Shown here one piece after another: positions 56,251 through 64,000 of a stretch of DNA of 64,000 nt. The notes below the pieces were generated by a model. It saw nothing but the letters and a program-made list of their open reading frames with translations. It was not told where the DNA came from and searched no databases. Source of the DNA: Leidyana gryllorum EB-2025a (lineage: Eukaryota > Protista > Apicomplexa); the NCBI GenBank assembly GCA_048772705.1, contig JBLWGC010000213.1, forward strand, positions 1-64,000, in the 5' to 3' direction. Numbering within the stretch: position 1 is the first letter of the stretch; each line of letters opens with the position of its first letter. The translations under genes were made by a program, and so were the position numbers.

Positions 56251-59200
56251 ATGGGGGTGCCTACCTTCTACCGATGGCTGTGTACCAAGTAAGTCAAACC
56301 GATGCCTCTCCAATATGCTCTCTGGCCTTCTAATATAGGTACCCGAAGGTGGTGAAAGATGCAGTCGAGGAGAAGGAGGTGCTGGACGAGTCAGGGCAGG
56401 TCTTTGTGACCGCTGATTTGTCAGGGCCGAACCCAAATCAAATCGAGTTCGACAACCTGTATGTGGACATGAATGGCGTGGTTCATCCCTGTTGCCATCC
56501 CGAAGATGCTCCGGCACCAACAAGCGAAGCCGAAATGTTCTCAAACCTCTGTGATTACCTCGATAGGATTGTGAATATTGTTCGGCCCCGTAAGCTCATT
56601 TACTTTGCGCTGGACGGAGTCGCTCCACGGGCCAAGATGAACCAGCAGCGATCGAGACGTTTCAAGGCCGCCAGTGAAGCCGAAGCGTCTGAGGTGGCGT
56701 ACGAGGAATTAAAAGCGGAGTTCGCAGCTCAAGGTCGAGAATTAGGACCTTCCAACAAACGGTGGGACAGCAACTGCATCACGCCCGGAACACCTTTCAT
56801 GGACCGGCTGGCTCAAGTCTTACGCTTCTATGTAGCGAAGCGAATGTCGGAGTCTTCCTACTGGCGCAGCCTTGCTGTCCTGCTCTCCGACTCCAACCGT
56901 CCGGGGGAAGGAGAACACAAAGTCATGGCCTTTGTTCGTGGACAGCGCCAACAACCGGGCTACGATCCCAACACCAAACACTGTATGCACGGCATGGACG
57001 CAGATCTCATCATGTTGGGTCTGAGTACTCACGAAGCACATTTCTACATTGTCCGTGAGATTGTTACCGAAAATCGAGATACACAAAGGTGTCTCCGCTG
57101 CGGTGCCACCAACCACTCAACTGCTGACCACAAAGGTCCTGGTGAAGAGGCGCCCAAAGTTGACATTAGGCAGAATCCTGACGCTATTGCAACTTATGGA
57201 TCTTTCCGAGCCACTTGGAAACCTTTGCAGTTCCTGCAGCTTCCCGTCTTGCGCGAGTACATGGACGCTGAGTTCCAATGGGGTTCCAATGAGTTGTTGA
57301 CTCAAGACCCGGAGTCCGGCAACTTGGTCAAAGTACCCACCAATCTCGAGAGACACATTGACGACTTTGTCCTGATGTGTTTCTTCGTCGGAAATGACTT
57401 CTTGCCCCACCTTCCGAGCCTCTCCATCGCTAAGGGATCGATCGATCAGATGATCACTCTCTACAAAGCAGTATACCCCACTCTTGGAGACTATCTCACT
57501 GATGCTGGCAAACTCAACCTCGAACCCCTCAAACGATTCACTTCCTTCCTTGCCGCTGTTGAGCCCAATGTCTTGCGCTATGATTGGCAACGCAAGGAAC
57601 GACAAAAACACCAAAGAGAGGAGAATGAAGCACAAAGAGGACGTAAACGCGGACCCCGAGCCTTTCAAAACGACAATGCTCGGGAACCACCTGCGAAAGC
57701 TCCTCGCACAGGCACTGAGGAAGGCACACAATCGGCCACCGCCACCCCAGCGCAGGGTCGCCCCCGTCGGGATTCCGATAGTATGACAGTGGAAAGTGAA
57801 GATAGCCTCAGTTCGACTTCGGTCGCTCCGGATTCGAGCCCCCTCCAGGTGCCTAAAGTCTATACTCACCGACAAAACGTTGATGATTGGAAAGCGGAGC
57901 TGAAGAAAAAGCTGGCAGCGCAGCTTGAGGTCAAGGAACCGGTCGACAATGTTCAGCTTGGAGACGGTGACATGGCTGAAGGTCGTTTGCGCTACTACAG
58001 AATCAAATTCGAGCTCCCAGAATGCGCGAATGTCGACTCCTTCGCCGCACAGGTCGCAAAACACTTTGTTCGAGGCCTCCAGTGGGTACTGTTGTACTAT
58101 TACCAGGGCGTTCCTAGCTGGGACTGGTACTTCCCGTATCATTATGCTCCTCTGGCCGTTGACATCCACAAGTACGGTTTCGATGGAAACTTCTTGCTGG
58201 CTCCATTTGAGCAAGGACATCCATTCTCGCCGCTCGAGCAGCTGATGGCGAATCTTCCACCGCGCTCTGCCAAATTCCTCCCGGAATGCCTGGCGCAGCT
58301 GATGACTGATCCAAATTCAGAAATTGCTGATTTCTACCCCCTTAAATTCAAGGAAGATCAGGATGGAAAGCGGTAAGTATCTTTGAAACATTTCCTGTGT
58401 GTGTGCGCGCGTGCGCTGTGGCGGCGTGTAACAATATCCTGACCGCTGTCAAAAGCTTTGAGGCATTTACTCACTTTGGCATCTTTAGGTTCAAATGGCA
58501 ATGGGTTGCCTTACTTCCTTTCATTGATCCGGCGCGTCTCAAGGCTGCGATGCAAAAGGTTATTAACCAGCTGACGCCAGTTGAAGTGCGACGAAACACG
58601 CATGGCCAAGAATATCTGTTTGCCGCTGATCCGCATCCGCTGGCCGCAGTGATCGAAAAAGTTCACACGCGAAGCGATAACTCTGAATGGACAGAGGTAA
58701 AGTGATGATGAGTATGATGTGTCTACATTTCTGATCACTTGCAGTTGAAGACATCTGGACTATTTGGCACAATAGCTAGAGTTGACAAGAACAGCTTCAA
58801 GAAGGGGTCACAAATCCTGGTTGATTGTGGTAAGATCATTGTTTGGGATTTTCTTGTTCTCATCACATGTTCAGATGGATTCCCTGCGTTTGTAGCCAAC
58901 TGCAGTGTTGCCTCATACGAGCAGCCCTCATCGGTACGTCACAAAGTTGAGGTATTGGAAGGAGCTGTACCTCCTCCTCCTGCGCTGGACGATCGGGATC
59001 GCATGTTGGAGGAAGGGCCTGGTAACAAGTTCAACTGCAAAGTCGCGAAGAGAATGATACTGCAAGTTGTGGGAGGTCCCCACTTTGAACGGTGGAGGGA
59101 GCAGGAGCGCAGAGAGTTAGACAACATGCGTTCCCATTTCCAGCGTGTCCGTACGGAGGAGAGATACACAGAGGAAGTTATTTACGGGGCAAATCACGCC

Positions 59201-59608
59201 AACCCGTTGTTGGGCAACTCTTCGCCACCCCGCGGGGGAGAAGGAGGAGGGTCAAATACCCGCTATCCCCCGCCGTGGGCCCGCAACTCGCAACAACACG
59301 GGAATCAAGGCCGTCCCCAATCGTTTGGCGACCGAGGCGAATCTCGTCGCGAAGACTATCAGCGACACTCTTTCGGCGGTGGTCCCAGTCACCATCACTA
59401 CCCAGGCCCCCCACCGAATTATCACCACGGCGGAGACGGTGGTCGGCCCCGGTATGACGATCGTCCTCCGCGGTACGACCCTCACCATGAAGACAGGCGG
59501 AGGGGAGATGGGGAACAGGGTGAGTACCGTAGAGATTACCACCGGCCTCACTCGTGGGGCGGACGCAACAATAACAACAACAACAACAATCGTCAGCACC
59601 ATCGGTGA
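56251..59608 (+). CDS. XRN2: 5'-3' exoribonuclease 2 (Rat1)
   Basis: MGVPTFYRWL, FDNLYVDMNG, DGVAPRAKMNQQRSRRF, PGEGEHK, GNDFLPHLP, WYFPYHYAP; short C-terminus and zinc-knuckle position favour XRN2 over XRN1. Confidence 0.9.
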
Positions 59609-60024
59609 TACAAGGCCGCGCACGATAGTTGTGACTAGACTACTGAATCTCGCCGTGACAACACACACACACACACAGACTGCTTCACTACACCACCCAT
59701 GCCTCTGCGACCAACCTTATCCGTACACCTACCCCTTCTGTCTTTGTATCTACCCACCCATTCGAGACCGTCTTCAGTGTATGGCCGTTTGTAACCAGTT
59801 GCTCGTGAATGGTCGAGCACTGGCTTAAGTCGCACCACGAAATCATTCATTCTTGGGCTTTGATGGAAGGTCAAGAGCGTGTGTTGAGCGCTTTTGATCT
59901 GAGAAGTCAAGCCCTGTTGTCATATCGAGTCCTTCAAGGAAAGTTGAAGCTAGATAGTTTTGGACCAGTCATCGGTTTAGGAGCGGACGTTCATCTCTTT
60001 AAATATACAGGAAGGGTGAGTGAT

Positions 60025-60893
60025 CTAATCCATTCGGGACTTGATATGTCTGGTTATGACTTCGGTCGGGGTGCTGCGGAAAGATTTGTAGTGGGTGGCA
60101 TGCGAAGGTGTGGGCAGCTTACATTACATGAATCACTGCTCCCCAGCCGGAAAAGCAGTCTCTGTCGATACTCGATAACAGACACTGACTGCAGGTTTCG
60201 AATAGCTCATCAGGATTCTACAATTAATGGTTGACTAGCAATTGAGGTCCCTTAACGCACCATGTCTGGTCTCCACAAGGCTTCACAAGTTCCCAACAGT
60301 TGTTCTTGGGCGCTTCCAACCACAGCAAATTGCTCACACTCATCGGGTGTCCCCAACAGATCGAATGCGAAGATCTTTGGCTCATCGTTCTCGTCCAAAC
60401 CAGCCACAATAGGGTTCACGAACCTGCGCCAAGTCGAGTGTGATCCATTCAGGGCCGAGCGAGTGCAGTGAAGAAGGGGGTGGGGTAAGCAGAGTGCATC
60501 GAGATTGATGTTGGGGGTAAAGGGTAACCAAGTAGACTTACCAAGGCCCAAATCGTCGCTTGTACAGCATATTCCCTACAAACTTGCCGATAGTGCCCAC
60601 TTTCATTTGTCGGTCTTCACGCAGAGTGAAGAGATTGTTGTGGAAACGTAGTGTTCTGTGCAGGGTTTGGACATCAGTGGCGAACCCGCCACTCCCAAAG
60701 TAGGTTCTATCAGTGATAGGATAAACCTTCTCGAAGTTCATTTCGATTGTGGCCAGTTGATTGGAGCCTAATCGTTTATCAGAGCCGATGGCTACACATC
60801 CCTTCCCGACCATCGCTATAACAGCACCGCCATTATAATCCATAATAGACTGGAAAGTGCGGCATTAGGGCCCAAAGATGCGTTACCTACCAT
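60025..60893 (-). CDS. PSMB3: Proteasome subunit beta type 3
   Basis: M|SIMDYNGGAVIAMVGKGCVAI, RFGPW|FV, DRDCFSGWG, KSRMD*; four introns. Confidence 0.95.
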
Positions 60894-61014
60894 TGTGTGG
60901 AGGTGATGGAAGTTGGGGATATATGGTCAGAAAGAAATTTTTACACAAGAACGCGAACGCTACGTGAGGATGGGAGGGAATGGGCCTGCCAGGATGCTAT
61001 GCCATGAAAAAAGG

Positions 61015-61779
61015 CTACACATCGATTTTCAGCTTGTCAGCAATGTCCACATGCGCTACCACCTGAGAGGGGTCGTTGATTTCTGAGTCTAGGTATTGCA
61101 CGTACCTCCTGAAACTCTTTGAAACTGATCATGCCATCACCGTCCTTGTCGGCTTGGAGAATGGTGCGATCCACCAGTTGCTGTAACTGCACCCCAACAC
61201 AGTGCCTGCCTCGTTGTGTGTGTATCACTCACCTGGCTATCGTTGAGATTGTTGCCGACCATCATTTTCATGACCGAAAAGAGCTCTCCATTGGATATGT
61301 AGCCATCCTTGTTTACATCGTAGATATCAAAGGCAAACTTGGTTTTCTGATATTCGTCCGTTCCGGCCGTTAGTTTCGCTGTTACGACCAGATGTGTCTG
61401 TCAAGGAGACGCGCACCAGCACAAACTCACCTAACCCGACCAAGAACTCCACAAAGGATACTTTTCCATCCTCGTTGGTGTCGAAGATCGAAATTACTCG
61501 TTTAACCAGGGGGTTCTGTTGACAAAGGTTGTTTAGGCCGCAATAACGCGATAATAACTCACATCGGCAATCTCTGGCACTTCGAAGAGCTCGTGGGGGT
61601 CCAACTCGCCATTTTGATTGGTGTCGAGTGCTTTGAAGCGTTTGTATATCCGCTTGATATCCTTTTCTGAGAACTTTGCAGACTGCACGAGTTCCTTCTG
61701 TTCAGCGGGAGTTAACTGTCCTTGTGCGTTCCTGACGAAAGAGCAATGACGGCTGTGTCAGACAGCTCTCCTACCCCAT
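61015..61779 (-). CDS. CNB1: Calcineurin regulatory subunit B
   Basis: MG start, four EF-hands, [41 protein letters not shown]; five introns. Confidence 0.95.
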
Positions 61780-61996
61780 GGTGTGATCTGCTGCTCACGG
61801 CCCACTTCTACTGCACGCGTCCAGGCATACCAAATTTTTCATGCCCCCCACGATCGCACAAGACCCTCTGCTTGGCGTAGGAGCAGATCTAGTAGGGGTT
61901 TGGGGGTGCAGAGACATGATTTGCAGGGGTTGCGTGATGGCAGTTGGCACAACAAGGGGTAAGTACAGGTAAAAATAAATTTGGTGGCCCAAGACG

Positions 61997-64000
61997 ATGG
62001 AGCCCGCCACACTCAATGACACCATCCAGCTGGTAGAACCGCTCCCGACGGGAAACACACCGTTATTGGACGGGGAGGCGATTGCGGCTGAGAAGGATTC
62101 CGCTGCCATCAACTCGTCTACATGTGTCTCCAGCGAGCAATTGATGCCTCAATACGACGAACAGCAACTACCAAAGAGCCCTGAGCAGCACTCGCCCGAG
62201 GAGACCTCCATCGAGGAAGTGGCAGATTCTTTACCTAAACCTGAACCCGAACCCGAACAGTCGTCCCACCCTTCGCCTAAACAGGTGGAGATAGAAGAGC
62301 GGCGCGAGGCGTTTTGCGCTGAACAGCCACCCCCACCACCACCACCACTGCTCAAGGATGAAAGTGTGGAGCAACCTGAGAACACTTCCTCTTCGGAGGG
62401 AGACAAACACACAATAGAACCGGAGGTGTTGAGCAAACCTGTTGACCAGGGCGCCGAACCTGAAAGCTTGGGCTCGATGGACCCGGTGGAGGAGGCGCCC
62501 TCCGAGCCCACCGCTGTTGAGATGGACGAGGAAGAGGAAGAAGGTGCTGTTTTGAAAGCTGAGGAAGCCGCCGCTGAGAAAGCCGCTGAGAACGAGTTGA
62601 TTGGGTGTACAACGCGAATGGAAGAGAAGAAGGAGCCAGAGTAAGTCTTGTGTCTGCGTCTGCGTATGTGTTGGTGTTGTCCACTGAGAACTGAATAGTC
62701 CCTTGGCCGCCTCCACTCCCTTGGCCGGCTCCACGTCTTTGATAATCATCTTTTCCCCTGTCGTGCAGTAACCTCCCGACGTTCGAGACACCCGAGGCGG
62801 CTGTGGAGTCTTTGCCCAAGTTGGCTCCCGAGCGAATTGATGAGGAGTCGTCAGAAGTCGAGACGCTCGATCAGGCGTCTCGCCGACCTAACAAGAGAGC
62901 CAGACGTGAGAGTGGGGATTCCTTGCCGTCTATGCGGCCTCGGAAGGAGTCGAGACGGCCCTCAACTCGAGATGACGACACGGAACCGGAGCAGCACACC
63001 AAGACGAAACGTCGAAAGACTCTGCCAGTGCGGCAACACTCGTCGTTGGCGAGTAATGCGGAAGCCGATTCCATCACCGAAATGTAAGCCATCTATTCCG
63101 GCAACGTGGACAATAAAAGTTTAGGTCTTTGGATGCCGTTCCTGATGGATGGAAGCAGCCGTTGTTGTACTTTGTGGAAGGTCGGCCCTACGATTACAGC
63201 AAGAACAAATGGGTTCACGAGTTGGAGGCGGAAGAAAACTCCCAATCGCAGTCGAGTCACAAATCGAATGACCGACGAAACATTCGGTGGTTGCGTTTGG
63301 GAGACTTGTTGATCAAAACGGGGGCCATTTATTTGTCACCGAATGACACCGGAGCCCCCGACACTCCCAACCACGCCGAGGGTCCGACGGCGATCATCCG
63401 CGATCTGTGCGCTCTGGTGCAGGGTGGCGCGAGTGACCCGGTACCTCTGCATCTTGGGGCCTATACGGCCTTAGGACGGGCCAATGCGAGGGATCATATT
63501 AACCTGAGAGCCACGAAATGGGACAGTGGAATCGGGGTCACAAGGGTACTCAAAGCTGGCAATGAGAAGGAAGTGGTGCAGCTGCTGCCCCTCGACCTCA
63601 TAGCCTCGTGTCTCGCGAGCAATTTGCGAGCAATGTTGGCCCATTCAGAGTAAGCCTGCCTTCGTGTGTTCCGCTCACTCAACAACGAGCGGTCGCTGCA
63701 GTTTGTTTCCTGCCCACCTTTTTGCGAGTCCAATGCACTTGTTGCAATTCGGGCCTTCGATTGCCATCCATTTGGCAGTCGCTAATCGGTCACGCCAATT
63801 GGCGGAACTCATTCGAAGTTTCGTTGACTCTGAAACAAAAGCAAAACTCAATGAATTGGAAGATTCGTACAATAAAGGAGTCGGGGGGACTCGGTTAGCC
63901 GGCGGAAGGCGACGCATGGCCAACAAGGCCAAAGAGCACACAGGTTTGCGAACGTATCTCATGTCTAACAGTGATCGACGCGATCTCGAGGAGATAGTGG
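61997..64000 (+). CDS. Hypothetical protein with acidic/Pro-rich N-terminus (runs off window)
   Basis: Open segments joined by GTAAG...AG introns starting at ~62641, ~63084 and ~63650; last exon open to the window end. Confidence 0.7.

Noticed and set aside
63720-63815. CTCC..H..NWRNSF motif suggesting a SAND-like domain
   Set aside because: Not in the frame set by the upstream splice junction, which stays open to the window end

Overview
Eukaryotic, very gene-dense window (about 37 genes in 64 kb, roughly half G+C by eye). Genes carry many short GT-AG introns, mostly 40-60 nt, so the ORF track fragments them; I rebuilt gene models by hand from splice sites and conserved motifs. An atypical TGH-type MAP kinase and a MORN-SAM-TKL kinase point to an apicomplexan; the compactness suggests a gregarine-like genome (inference). 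Most of the window is housekeeping: PGM3, SEC62, POP1, MAPK, RPL26, COG6, pICln, RPT2, LSG1, DUF866, INCENP, PheRS alpha, TBC RabGAP, eIF2A, METTL14, RPL35A, Aurora-like kinase, NFS1, HSP60, TKL, XRN2, PSMB3 and calcineurin B. The first ~4.7 kb looks accessory (F-box/LRR gene, orphans, a possible decayed Helitron). Most notable: (1) head-to-head start codons only 17-34 nt apart around an A/T tract or CAAAATTTG motif, with convergent genes sharing or abutting stop codons; (2) a spliced, highly divergent aquaporin lacking both NPA boxes; (3) two candidate H/ACA snoRNAs inside long introns; (4) a Sec62 with an extra TM segment, an 8-Cys domain and C-terminal RDEL; (5) a secreted knottin-like protein. 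All family calls come from motif recognition by eye; no searches were run.
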